A DNA stretch of 64,000 bases, taken from NCBI GenBank assembly GCA_043228905.1, contig JBHGNT010000018.1, positions 8,122,001 to 8,186,000 on the forward strand, in the 5' to 3' direction. Source of the DNA: Azolla caroliniana. Its lineage: Eukaryota; Plantae; Polypodiophyta. The notes below the pieces were generated by a model. The model ran no database searches and was not told where the DNA came from. It worked only from the letters and a program-made list of their open reading frames with translations. The number at the start of each line of letters is the position of its first letter. Within the stretch, counting starts at the first letter, position 1. Both the position numbers and the translations under genes were made by a program. Shown here one piece after another: positions 33,555 to 48,100 of the stretch.

Positions 33555-36500
33555 TTATTTGTTTACAAGCTCAAGCCAAAAGCTAGAAGGATATGTCTCC
33601 ATCTCTTTAGAGACACTGCAGCATAGCTGCTCAGCTTTATCATCATGTCCACCTGCAAAGTTATGAACTCTGAAAGCAAGTTGGAAAACCCTCCATAGCA
33701 TCTTGAAGGTGGCCCTCAACTTGTTCATGTCTTTTGTCGACAAGTACTCATCCCCTACAGTTATACTCGCTTTCAACCTCTGGCTATCCTGCAGCAACCA
33801 AGACCAACACATATGGTTTCTTGATTTTAATGAAAACATTTTGAACCTTAAAATGGATCCCTGTCAATGATATTTCACATAAGCTATTATTCAAATCACA
33901 CCTCAATGATTTTTCAAAGAGATCACCATATCTAATCTATATTACAACACAATGGCATTTCAGCTGTTTGTTCCTTCCATATATATTTAACTCAAAACTA
34001 ACTCCTTTTGTTTGCTTCCACAATTACCAAAGGAATCTAAGCTAATGAGTGAGAGCAGATGTCACACATCATGTGATCTTAATGAGTGAGAGTTTATTTT
34101 GGTAAAAATACAACTTGCTTACCTTCAATGCCAATGTTAAAGATCGAGAAGATAGACCAACCATTGCCTCTTTAATATGAACAATCATATCAAAGGAGAA
34201 GGTAATCTTTTGGCTCTGAAACCGGACAATGTCTTCCTCCCTTGTTCTTTCAATTATCTCTACATCAGTCTTCACCTGTAATAATCAACAAAAACATTGG
34301 TTTCTATATATGCTAAGAGAACAAAGTAAATATATTCTCCAGTAACTTTTTTATCCATACCTTTTCGAAGAATGTTGTGATTTTATGAAGATGTTCTGAT
34401 AGAGGAGACACAACGTGCCAATCCTCAATCTGCTGGGCCAAAGAGGACATTCTCAAATAGAGTGATGCCGCTGCCCTTACTGTTTCGAGCTTCTTAATTG
34501 GAAACCCTTCAAACTTTGCCAATACCTACAACATATATTAAAACATCATTCCAAACTCTCCCATATCTAATATGGGTTAACATGTGATGCAAGAAGAATG
34601 CTTGTCGTGCTAGTTATGGAGCATGCGAAAATGTGAAAGCAACCTTTTTGCAAGTGTTTATGCAATGGGATAATATGTAAAACAAGAATCATGTTTCTCA
34701 CTTGTGATTCATCAGTAAGTTGTTCTAGCCGTGCCTCGATGGTCTCATGAAACTGAAGTAGCTTCTGCATATCTCGGGTTTCAAACGATTCCAACCCTGA
34801 CTTCACTTCCATGATACATTCTGCGTGTTTCTGCACATCATCCTCTATTTTCCGGAAGTAAGAGGACCTGCAAAAAAAACACAAATATGTTGATGATATT
34901 AAATCCATCAATAAACAAGTTTAGATGTTCAATCTAGATTGAACTCTCAAGACCGTTAAGAAATCTTGCCTTCTTGTTATCTCTGCCAAAGCTTCAGCCA
35001 TACCATCACGATTGTTTCCTCCAGTGACTGTACTCCGCCGTGTCGCCACATCTCCATGCGTTTGATTATTGTCATTTGCGGCACCGTCCGCTTTTTTCTT
35101 CATGCCCAAATATAGTCTACTTATAGTGACAGATTTTTTGAGCTTAGAGGACCTGGTGTTTTGTGGTCTTCTTGCTCCAAATGAAGATGGGGGTGGGGGT
35201 GGTGGTGGCGGTGGCGGTGGGGGGGCAGGAGGAGCTGATCCTGGAGCTGGAAGAGGTAATGGTTTCTTTGCTTGTGTAATAGAGGAGTTTTTTGGTTTAC
35301 ATGTAACTGAGACAACATGCCATTGTTCATTGGATACTGAACAATCACTATCATCTCTTTCTTTCTTCTCATTTTGATCAATCATTGATGCCTTTTGCAC
35401 TTGTGTACTTGTATGGGTCTTCACCACTTCTGCATTTTCCAATTCATGCCGATGACTTCTAATACTGGCCCCATTAACATCACTTTTTGCCAAATCTTTC
35501 TCGTACAACTCAACCCAACATACGTCGATGGATTCGGACTGATCATCATTATCACTTAGAAGCAGAAGACCAGAGGTGTCTTTCTTCTCAAAAACTGCAC
35601 TAGTCCCTGGCCAATGAGATGGCTTGATGATATGGTAGCTAGGAGTGGATGTAGCTTCTGGTAAAACAGATGTTGGGGTACCTACACTATTGTCTTCTGA
35701 AGATGGAGACATTGACAATGGAGTAGAAAACCCTTTTGTAATACTAGAATTCTCCGTGATTTCTGATGATGGTGAGAATCCTACATCAGACACATTCGAG
35801 TAGGTTGAAAAGGGGCTCAACGACATTGAATCAAGTGGCTTCGATACAGATTTGATGTGGCTAGTTATATCCTCGAGTTTCTTCAGTGTTTGGTAACCTT
35901 CACCGGAAAAGGCAGAATGCATTGGTAAAAATGGTTCAAATTTGGTAGCCATAGCAAGTAGTATCAAAAACACCACCCATAGCTTGTTGGGTATTTGCCA
36001 GAATACCTGTTAAGCTTAGAAACTCTACTAGAGAAAAAAGTTTGGGTATTTCTGGTAAATACGCAACAAACAAACGATGAGTATTTTGGTGTTTTCCCAA
36101 TTTTGTATACGTGAAAACTCACCTAATTTTTCAAGTTTGGAGGCTTCTTCTATGTATAACTTGTTTTGCCTACTACTTTCTTTAGGCTTATTATACCCAA
36201 ACTTGGAGGTAGAACGCTTTCTTGTGAACCCAAATGGGTGATGAGGGGTACCCACCGATAAACTACTCTTTTCTTCTGTAGATCTATCCAGGGCCATTTT
36301 ACTATTCCTCACAACCTTCAACTCTAGTTCTGCAGGAATAAGATATCAATTTCCTCAGTAAGCCACAAGACTCTTTCCCAAGGTTTTAGCATTTAATATT
36401 AAATCTAGATACCTTGCAAAGACAATTGAGTAGAGATCTCACGGTACTTATAATAATCACAATCCTTCTCTATGTCCTGCACAAAAGGCAATTTTCTTGT

Positions 36501-39034
36501 TCATACTCCCCATTGAAACGTATGATGCATATGACTTATTCTTTTTCACTTCTTTTATGCCACGTGTGATTGTCTTCGAGGCAATTTACATCGACCTAAA
36601 TGATAATGACTGGCATTGTTACTGATGCATATGAATGTGTGGCATTTGCATATGTAAATACAAAATCCTCACTCAGGATGCTAACCACATATTGATTAAC
36701 TCTATTACATGCTAAATGAGAATGCATCTCATTCTAGAAGAAACTTTCATACCTGAGAGGTAAAGGAATTCTGACAGTCACTCTCAATGGTGCAAAGTGT
36801 TTGGTAAAATCGTTGTAACCGCTGTTTCATAAAACCATTCCAATGCTTAGGAATCTCCACAGACAGAAGATATGTGCTGTTTGTGCTTGTATGAGCCGAG
36901 AATTTCCAAACAGGCAAAATGCTCAGCTTTTTTTACAAAAACACACCTGGTGTATTGACTTTTGTTCGGTCTTAGCAGGTCGGGCAGGCTGTGTTGACGA
37001 TATATTTGAAGAGCAGAGATTGTTCAGTGCTTCTGTCGTACTGACCAGCATCTGTTGGCAAAAGAAAATGTTTGTGGACAATGGTTTAGCAATGAGGAAA
37101 TCATAAGTGTTGTCTCTTTTGTTGTATGACCTCTAATTAGTGTAGCTCATTATAACACCTTATCCCAAGCTCCATGCAGCTCTTTGTGATCTTCATTTGT
37201 TGTTGCAAGAGTTATCAAATCGGCAATTTGGTTTGTTTTCCAATTGAATCTCTTAAGAAAATCCAGTTCTGTATTTTACAAGGCTCTATTTTGTTTTTCT
37301 TGATGACTCAATTTTGTGATGCGTTTATCAATCTAATCTGTGAGTACTTCGGTCCTTAGGTTTTTTTTAAAAGCATTCTCATATCACGTTTCAATTCTGG
37401 GGAACTAACTCGCACCGTCAGCCATGGGCAAACTATATTGTTTGTTTTTCTTTTCCAAAAAAGAATATATGTACTCCATTATTAGTTAAATATGTCCTTA
37501 TGTACACAGCTTTAGGGTAGTCCTTGTCTAAATTATCCTATCATTCTCAGCTACTATATACCCTGTGTTGGTTGTACAAAAGTTCGCCGCCAAACATCTC
37601 CAATCTATACATGGTTATATCTATTTACTAGTAATTGTTTGTTTATCATCAATGTAATACACTTAAGAGACATCATTAAAACGTATTGTGTAAATATGTT
37701 TCTGTTGTTATCTCCTCTGATGAAAGATAGAATGATGGATCTTAACTAATTAACGGATCACCTCTTCTAGATCTGCAAATCCTTCACAAGGTGGAGGAAG
37801 CTTCAGTATCTCTCTGAGAGAAGCAACTCTGTGGCGAAGCTCCACCAGAACCACAAGTCCCCCCACCCATCCATAGCCACCTAGCTGCTGAGCATTCTCA
37901 ATCTCCTGCAACCTCGTCGTGTTCATACTTAATCGGATTTGAAGAGGCAAATCTCTCGATGCAATCACCTGTGCATATATATTCAGATCATTCAATACAT
38001 ATATAGAAGCCAGATGATCCATAACTAAGGGAAAAAAAAAATTCAGATCTACAAATCAAATGCGAAATGTATATGATCATAACAATGCTTTCCTCACTTA
38101 CTTGCATGGCTGTTGATCCTAAGAGTTCCTTCAATCTATTCTCGCTCTGAATGACCATGTCCTCTAGCTCCATCCTTCTGCGTATACATTCTTCCATTGC
38201 CTGTTACAAATGTAATTTAAATCAGAGCGATGCAAACATGAGCAGAGAATAATCGTCATCATTATCAATCTGCTTCAGCTTGGAACAATCGACAGTATAA
38301 TTACACAGCCAGAAAGTAAAATGCTGGAAATGTTATGTATAGAATAGAGTTCAACCCTTTCATATATTTTCTCTACTGCAGCTAATATCATTTGCCTCAG
38401 CTCCTCTTGTTTCTGGCACTTATCATCCCCGATTTCCTGTGTGCAAAAACACTAATTAGCTTACTTGATGGAGCTAATCAACGGACAAAACATCAGCATA
38501 ATGGCAGATGCCTATGGATTCCAAATACGGAATAGTGTTGGGAGTATTCCAAATAAAGAATATTGATTGAAATTCGAATGAAAACTTGAATAAAAGAGGA
38601 AAGATTTAGGTTTCTGCAGAGGGGTGATTAGAGTTGGAAATAAATTTGCATAATCAGACATAGATTCAGGTCTTCTGAGAGATTAGAAGTGGAAGCAAAA
38701 CATTTCCTGATTTCGCATGTAAGTTCAGAGATTCAGGTGTTTTCTCTTGCAGAGCTCGATTAAAGAAAGGAAATTGATGTTTCTACGAGATGAAAACTTG
38801 AAAGCGAGAACTCCTTGTTTCACAGAAAAGGGGAGGGGGGAAGAATTGAACGGGTTGTGGCATGGGGTTTTTTCTTTGCTAATTCGCTTGTGTGTATGTT
38901 ACCTGCCACAGAGATTGAAGCTCGCCATGGCGATCTCCTCTGAGGAGGGAATCATGATCTGTGTTGCTGTTGAATCTTTGAGAGTGGAAGAGTGACTTGA
39001 ATCGAGGCACTCTCGGTCCACATTGTCCTAACAT
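33555..39034 (-). CDS. CHUP1-related proline-rich protein (At4g04980/At1g61080-like family), about 870 aa, 13 coding exons
   Basis: Exons are phase-consistent: 39034-38903, 38436-38356 (donor uncertain), 38200-38102, 37968-37762, 37051-36947, 36821-36753, 36476-36413, 36329-36123, 35897-34970, 34867-34702, 34525-34361, 34275-34123, 33788-33555. Motifs: VELRHRVASLREILKLPP, polyproline, MAEALAEITRRSSYFRKIEEDV, LTDESQVLAKFEGFPIKKLE, FQLAFRVHNFAGGHD. Confidence 0.85.
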
Positions 39035-39647
39035 TGCCGCACACCTATAAACAAATCAAATCATTACAATAACATATGATGAACAATCATTAGAACGAGA
39101 GAGACTAGATTCTGTCTCATTATATGATTAAGTTTTAGAATAATCAGAGGTGGGGCAATGGTCTCTAAATCTGATTGCCAATTTGTTGATTAGGTCTCGA
39201 GTAATGAAATCTGAATCAATTATTAAAGTATATAATAATTCAAGCTCAATTTTTAAGATGGATCAATTTCTGCCAGACATTGAGCTCAAATGTAGATTGA
39301 ATGATTAATTATTAGCAGAAGCTTTCTCATTACGAAAGGTTTATATCAACTGTGAAAGCTGAATTGTATTGGTGGCTCCATCCATAGAAATTAAGTTCGG
39401 ATGAGAATAGATGGTTTAGCCTCCGAAGCTTCAGTAATTAGCTGTCATAATGGAGCTTTTGTACAAGGTAGAAGTAAGGTTGAAATGTGATTTAAGAGAG
39501 CGGATCTACATATAAGTTCTGCAGAAGAGAGAAACAACGTAAGGGAAAAGGTGAACACTCACATAATCTGTGGGCGGGTGCGTTGTTATTGTTGTGTAGA
39601 AGATGCAATCAAATTCGTATATTGAGCTATTATATGCTGGTTTTCCC

Positions 39648-39873
39648 TCTTCTTCTTCTTCTTCTTCTTCTTCTTTTCCTTTCCTTTAGCTTAGTGATGG
39701 CGAAGCTTCTGGCTATGGCGATTTATGAGCAAATGCGCCAAAATGGACTGTTATGTAGTGGCTCATCATAAATAATGTGAGTCTGATAAGTAGTCTCGCC
39801 ATCATTTGTCTGCAACGGATGTTGCTCATGTGAGAATAATGTAAAAAAAGACCACAAATGGAATCAATCTAAT

Positions 39874-39939
<66 letters not shown>

Positions 39940-40016
39940 CTTCAGACAAAGAAGATGAAGCTCTTCGAGGGAATCTACCTTCATAAACTCTTCATCCGAG
40001 GCATCTATCAATCAGG

Positions 40017-40049
<33 letters not shown>

Positions 40050-40304
40050 AGATGAAAAGACTATAAACTAGCAAATTATTTCTCTCTCTCTCTCTATCTC
40101 TTTGTAGAGGTAGGAAATTTTCAATGTATGTCTAGAAAACACACACACACACACACAGAGAGGAAGCTCATACAAGGAAAATCTCTCTATCTATCTGTCT
40201 ATATATATATATATATATCCCTCATTTCTCATATGTATACATATAGTAATCAGGAGGACTAGACAAGAAGGAACAAAACCTTATGTTTGCACTGCCAAGG
40301 GCAA

Positions 40305-40346
<42 letters not shown>

Positions 40347-40457
40347 GAGAAGGAGGGGGAGCGCATCGATCATCAAAATCACTGTAGCAGAAACAGTAAG
40401 TGGTGAAAACGAGAAATATAAATGATCTCAGTAGTGGCGCGGTAGAAAAAGTGTAGA

Positions 40458-40506
<49 letters not shown>

Positions 40507-41523
40507 GATGATGATTATGATGATGATGATATGAAGACAGAAAGAAAAGAAAGAAAGAAGCGTAAATTTACAAAGAAGAAGAAGAAGAGGGAAAGAGGAA
40601 GTTTGGTGCGATTGGAAAGGACCGCTGAAGAACACGATCTTTTTTTTTATACATATGTGTGGAGCTCTTAGTTAGTTTGCTTTACTCCATCGCCAATCTC
40701 ATCTTCATGTATCCTGCCTTTCCTTCATCAGGGAAAAGAAAGGCCTTTCCTTCCATCATTACACACACACGCACACGCACACGCACATACAGACATACAA
40801 AGAATACAATGTAGTGTCTCAGAAATCATGAATAAATAAATAAAAGAAAGGCAAAATAAGGTCACATAAACAACGTGACAAAGCCGCTCTCTCATGCTGC
40901 GCTGCAGAAGAAGAAGAAGACGACGACGACGACGACGACGATGATGATGATCCAAGATCACGAGACGGAAGGAAAGCTAAAAGCGACAAAATGACAGAAA
41001 AAAAAGGGGGGGATGGATGGATGGAACGAATTAATTGAAAACACGCACCGTTTTGGGATCCTTTAGCTGCAGAAGAAGAAGAAGAAGAAGGGATGGATGG
41101 ATGGGATGTTGCCTGCCATTCCTCCGTAATAACAAGTAGAAGAAGAAGAAGAAGACGACGACGACGATGATGATGATGAATGATGTTTAACGCACGAGAG
41201 ATAGAGAGAGAGAGAGTGTGTGTGTGTGTGTGTGTGTGGAGATGGAATGATGCAGAGGAGGTAGAGAGGAAGGGGGTGGAGGATCGATGAGGTATGAGAG
41301 AATGGAACACAGAGAGAACTTCGGTTACTGTAGTGGCGATGGCGATGGCGATGGACGAGAGCTATATAGCAGCTGCTTCGATCGATCAGCTTGGCTTGGC
41401 TAGCTATGGATTGAGCGATAGATGATAGATAGCTTCTGCTGAATTCATGAGGAGGAGATGGGATCTCAGTGAAGTGAAGTGAAGTGGTGGGGAGAGGAAA
41501 TCATCTTTAAAACAAATATATAC

Positions 41524-41580
<57 letters not shown>

Positions 41581-41805
41581 GTTTTGTTATTTGTTTCAAT
41601 TAACAGTATGTATGTATATACATTACATACATATATGAGTATGTAGACTGTAGTTTTTGAAATTTTGAAAAGTTAAGGGAGATGAGAAAGTAAAAGAACA
41701 AAAGAAAAAAGGATTTACGAGATTTTAAATACAACAGAAGGAAGAGAGAGAGTCTTGGCGTGTGTGCCATGTGGTGTAGAGAGAGAGAGAGAGAGAGAGA
41801 GATTT

Positions 41806-41881
<76 letters not shown>

Positions 41882-41886
41882 TAAGG

Positions 41887-41937
<51 letters not shown>

Positions 41938-42170
41938 ACGGTAAAGGGGGCACATCCCCCCCCAACCCACACCGAAAAACAAAAAACCAAAATATAAAAA
42001 ACAATTGAAGTAATTTAAAATTGCTCTTTACTTCTTCATTCATTAATGTCTCCCCCCCCCCCCTCCCTCCCTTTCACAATTATTAATTAAGGTCATTCCT
42101 CCTCCATTATTTTATTTTATTAAGGTCTCGAATCGCCCTCTATGTATGTATGTATGTATGTATGTTATGC
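39648..42170. repeat. Microsatellite-dense region upstream of the CHUP1-related gene: (CT)n, (GA)n, (GT)n, (AGA)n(CGA)n(TGA)n, (TATG)n
   Basis: Many directly visible simple repeats. Confidence 0.95.
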
Positions 42171-45100
42171 ATGTATGATTGCAGTAGTAGTCAGAAATGA
42201 ATTATGCACGCACGCATTACATATATAACTTCAACAAGCACGACGCACAACATGCCCAATCACTACTCTACACATTAAAACCCAACATTGTGAGAATACA
42301 CGAAACATGTGGTAAATTTGTCAAAATACTTTAAAACACGAATTCCCCTTCTGATTTATAAATGCAACAAGGATGTCATATACATATTGTGGAATAAGTT
42401 TGTATGTATATACACATACATATATACAACATGTTGTATGTGAAATTTCATCGAATTATTCGAATAAATATGCATCTAGTACATAAAGTTTGCTATCAAT
42501 CTAATCTCTCTTCGTTCTTTTCCATCACAACATCATCATGGAGGAATGCAAATCCATGAACATTACTACTCGAGCCTATATCACTGCTCCGACACTTCTT
42601 GGGAAGGTAGGGAATGTAACCATGCAAAAGAAAATGTGAGAATAAACAAAAGGAATTCGATATTTTAATCAAGTACATAGAGGGAGAATGTCGTAAATCC
42701 GATCAAGAATGTTGCTGATAAAAAAATGTCAATATGAAAGAAATGATCATCGCGTTCTTGAGGTTAAGTATGTATATAAAGGAGAACATATTGCATGAAA
42801 TGTTCCAATCACGAGCATAATGCAATGGACTGTGCAATGTGCATAGAATTAGCAAAAAGAAATCGAGAAATCACATATGTTTGGATTGCTACCAATTAGG
42901 TATTGAATTCAAATCCAAACACATGTTGATTCATAATATACAGCCACAACAAAAATCACGATCCACGTACTAATCGAAAAATAGCAATCAAACATGTTAG
43001 TAGTCATATGTGCTGCTAGGTAAGAACATTGAAGGCAAAGTGAATGGGGGCACCATTGACAAACAAGTGTTTGCTTGCAAATCGAGCATTCGATGCACAA
43101 AAGAAGATGATGATGAAGAAGAAAAGGGTTCCTACCTAGTGTTTGACTTCTACGAGAGATGTCGTTATCCACATTAATCGGACATGCATAGTTCTTGCCT
43201 CTCTCAAATTGACACATCAACTATTCATATGCATTCTATGAATCTAGGTTGCCACCCAATACAACTACAATCTACAACAATCATAATTGCAGCCTTCGGG
43301 CATCGGATGATCAACATTGAGCATCAAAGGCATCTAGTTTTCCACAAGCCTCTTACAAAACAATGAAACCATATATGTGAAGAATCGTTAATTGAGCTAG
43401 AATCTTGCAGAGTGTGATATTCAAATGTAGCATGTTGTTATATATCATCCACGACATTGTTACTCATCCAAGTATATTCACAATCATAATGCATTGTGCA
43501 CAATAAATTACTACAACAAAGTGTCAAGACGAAGTCATTATGTTGCATTAGAAGTAGGTTGATAGTGTCGAGTTGGGTGCATGGTCTTAAAGTTAGTTCA
43601 ACCAACAAGAATTTGTAGATGCATAACTTGGATGTCTTCATCGAAATATGAAGTGTTTATGGTTAATGGACAAATTTGCACATTAACTAGATGAACTCGG
43701 AGAAAAAGAAAACCAAACTTTGGTTGGGTACATATTGGGCACATATTTAGGCCTTTGAGGACACAATATATCTATATCTTATTTCACAAAAAGCCATTAT
43801 CTTGCCCATCCTTAAATTACCGACAAAACTCACATCTACAAGAGTTGCTCCCCACAATACAAATTACAATGACATTAAATCAAGCATCAACACATCTTAT
43901 TGCTATACTAGACCACCCTTCATAACTTACAACAAAGGGGAGCTAAACGAAGAAGATCTTCCTTCATCATGGTTACAAGGGCTAGATAACCAGTGTAGTG
44001 AGTGTTTCAAGTATCTACCTAGATCACAATGATGGGAAGTAGAAGATGAATGTTGATGTCATGGTCAACCATTTGATATCATCCATGTCCATTTGCATGC
44101 ACACAACAACATATATTAGGTGTTCTTTTGAGGTATTAGACTAATGACATTGCTTGTTGAGAGATTTATTGTATATATTTCCAACTTTTATCTTTAGATC
44201 TAGTTTGAGAGCTATGGCGCCTACATTTTGCAAGCTCAAGATCTTACATTATGACCTTTCGGTCATTCTATTGTTCTCCTCGTAAAAAGATAGAGGATTT
44301 TTATTTCCCTTCTATTTTATTGTCTGAATATCTATATAATGGTTCTATATTTTTGTAGTTGTTTTTTTGGTAGCATTTTGAATTTGTGATGGTTGTATGT
44401 ATCCAAATGCAACAAGTGCCAACGTCAATAACATTAACACTAATAAATAGCATTTATAGAGCTTAAAAATCTGGAGATTTTAATAGCTAAGAGTGACCAT
44501 AAAGGCTTCAAAACGTTTGGAAATATGCATTACCTTCTAAACAAAATTCTACAGTGTCCAAAAACAGTTTTACGTGTATTTTGCTTGTTCTTCTTGTTAT
44601 TATTATGCATATAACTTTACTCTTTACTTTATTGTCATGCGTAGATATTGGCATACTTTCTTTTTTATTGTATACATCAACATGTATGTATATTCAGTAA
44701 CAAAGTAAAAAGGCACAAAGGAATCAACAAAACTAGCATATACAAACTTTCTTGTGCCAACTTATCGAAAAGACGTAAGAGGTTTTTGAACCTCTATGAC
44801 TCAATTATGATGTCAGAACCCCCCAACTTATGCATTCAATGAAAGATATCATTTATGGCTCATGCCATGGAAAGTGATTAATACAATGTAAATGAAAAAA
44901 TGCATTGTATCGTTAGGGCAATGATCACTTCAAAAGTGCATGTCATGAGTGATAAATATTGTAAGAGTGGAGAATATGACCTCTCAATACCTAAAACCTT
45001 ACAAATGCTTGTCAACGTGTCTACTTTCAACTCGTACTTTTTCAATGTCAATTCCACACAAGCCCAAAGGAAATTTATTCACTACCATCATTTCTTATAT

Positions 45101-48100
45101 TTGTATTAATATGTATATCTTCATAGATATGTCCATGATAGAAATTGAATTAAAACATTGAATGTGAAGATATGTGTGTTCACAATCGTTTCTAAGGCTC
45201 TTTAGGTCTTTAGAGAGTTCTATATGATGTTAAAACCCCTCAAGTGTTCCCTATGTAAATACTTGCAACTACAAGACATGCATGCATGCTTACAATTCTT
45301 GAATGTAGATCTAGAGCATTCTTTTCATGCAACCCAAGGATGTGGACAAAGTTGAATGGTTCAACACATAACTAAAAGCGTTTGTGTTGGTGGTGAAGAT
45401 AAATTTCATAGTTTCAATGCCAATTCGGCAAGGAAATCATTGTTCGTGATATTTCTATCGACTAATAATGTCTTCATGGAGAGATCATGTATGGATAGTA
45501 TTCATTATGTGCATGCGTGCATTGGTGGTAAGTTTATCGTGTTGGGTTTTTTTGAACTCGAGAAATGACAAAATATACCCTTTTTGGCACACTCCATTCT
45601 TAGAAAGTTTCACTAGGTGAATGGATGGGCTTAATGTTTGATTGTGGTTCAAACTTTGCCTCTCAACATTTTGGCAACCTACCATTGGAAGCTGAATGAA
45701 GAACAACCATTGGGGATTCACGAGTAAAATTTGAGTATATGTTTCAGCGAAGAGAAAACAAACAAGTTGGAGTATCTTAAATTCACATATCCAAGTTTCT
45801 CACAATATAGTTTGCGGCATGGTTCTATCAAGTATGCTGATATTGGGGCCACATACAATTAGAATATACTTGCTTATGTTCCATCTTAGTAATATGTTAG
45901 AATATAAAGCCCTTGGGAATTGAACATGGAAACATATATTAGTATGCTTGGACTTTAGTACTAAACAAATAGAGATGATGGAAATGTTATGTCCTCCTAC
46001 CTTTGTAAAACCAATCGAAATCACATCCATATCAATCAATGGTTGCCTACACAACTAAGAATGCCTCATATTTTCTTTAGGATGTTGCTCAAGCGTTAAA
46101 TGGCTAATCTTGTTTGTCTGATGGAAGACAAACGAGAGAGGGGAAAGTATGAATAGGGTTGTTATATATCTCATATACCAATTCCGCAAACTCGATTGCA
46201 AAGCTAGAGTTCTTGAATTAAGGGAACTCTAGGAGAATCATTTTTAAAGCTAAGGTACATGAGTAATTTTCATTGTACAAAAGTCAGAATGGTGCATGAT
46301 TTTGGTATTCTAGAGATTGCATTTTAGACTATTTTGAGCATGCGAGTGTTTGGCAATTTCTAACCAAAAAAATTCCTAGGAACTTGTAATACTTTGTACA
46401 CTCACAAAACATCTATTTGAGCGCTCATTTTTTTGAAATTTAAACAAAGGTTGTAACTCTTAACTTTCCATCCCTCTAGAACCTTAGTCTTTCTTTCTTG
46501 TCCATGATTATCTAATAAAATAAAGATGCCAAACTGCCTCACTACAAACGTTAGGCATTCAATGGAACTCAAGTTAGTAAAAAAGGGATTAAGCAATGTC
46601 ACATGGAATTTGTAGAATGTTTTGAGAAGAATGCTTTGATGTATTACAACCCTAGGCTAATACCACAATATATGGATGCATCAGTTTTAGAAAAATAGGA
46701 GAATTTGTGTGTTGAAAATTTGTGGGTGGAATACATGGTTAATATGAACGATCAAGTGTATTTTGAAGGTCAGTGTTTCTTAATATACACACATTATTAG
46801 ATTGACATATTTTCTATATAGCTTACATTTGCATCCAATTGTCATAATACTACATACATTGTCAATTTCTAGAGCCCCTCCTTATAAAAGTGACTTCAAG
46901 ATTGAGTTGATCACTCCCCATCTATGTGTCCACAAGGAAGTTTATGTTGCATTGTTATCTCTATAATGCAAAGCAGGGCTATATTCTATGCTCACTTGAT
47001 TGTGACAGCCGCTTCCGAGTTTGTTGCATTAACTTTTTAAGGGCAATCAATGCTCTCGTTTCCGGTCTTTGTACCGGGAAGAAATATCATTGTCAATATC
47101 AATGTTGCAAAGGCACTTGTTTCCATTTCGAACTAAGTTGTATTGTGGCAATGTCAATGTTGTAAAGGCATCTGCATAAGAAAACAAAATGAGTGCATAA
47201 TTTCAAATTAAAACGATGAAGTTTCTTAGTATCATAGAAGCCCTATCAAATTGAGTGCTCAAGGAGTGAACCCGTGACCTAAAAAAGCTTTACCCAAGAT
47301 ATTGTCATGTGTTGTTACTAAGTTGAACGCATGTGCGCACATTGATACATTCATGAATATGTGGCAATTTTCATGTAAAACAAAATTGATTAATGGGTTC
47401 AATATCATTTGTACATTTCTACCCTAGGAGGGGTGGATTAACTTTTAAGCGCCACCAATGGAGAACTTCAAACGTCATGTCGAGAGGGTCCTTTTCCCAT
47501 TGAATTGAAAAAGGAATAACAGTAATTGAATACGCATTAATGCAAGTTTGAGTCCTCTTTGGTTGGTTCGTTTGGCATGCTCCTAGGCTCTAGCCCAATT
47601 CTGCAAGTTGGAATCCTCCAAATTTACTTTTACCACTCGATACAAAATTGTACTTGAGGGGAAGGATCGACATACCTCGTGTGTCTTCTATACACTTTGT
47701 CACATCCATCTCTCATTGTTCCTTGCATACTATCGTAAGCTAAGCCAAACATAATTGCATATCGATAGGTAGCATAAATACATTTCTGATTGTACCATAA
47801 AATTTGAATAAAAATAATTATTTCTCGCTCAAGAATACATTGATCAAGGTCTCATCTCAATGATTTAAAACTGCAACTTCACCATGATTTAAAACTACAA
47901 TTTCACCATGTTTTTTAACCTACTTTGTTCTATATTTTGTGCAACGTTTTAGATGTTTGCATTATTTAAGTATCTTGAATAAATACAGTTAAATGTATGA
48001 GAAATTTGAAAAGCATGCTTGTTTGTTTGCAAAAATACAATAAGTGCATAGGAGTAAATTTCGGGCGTAATACAACTAAATCTACCAAGTAATGTTGATA

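Noticed and set aside
33555-39034. Naming the gene CHUP1
   Set aside because: It shares only the proline-rich and C-terminal region. The N-terminus matches the At4g04980-like subfamily instead.
40222-42043. ORFs and possible miRNA hairpins in the microsatellite region
   Set aside because: The ORFs are simple-repeat artefacts, and I recognised no mature miRNA or long stem.
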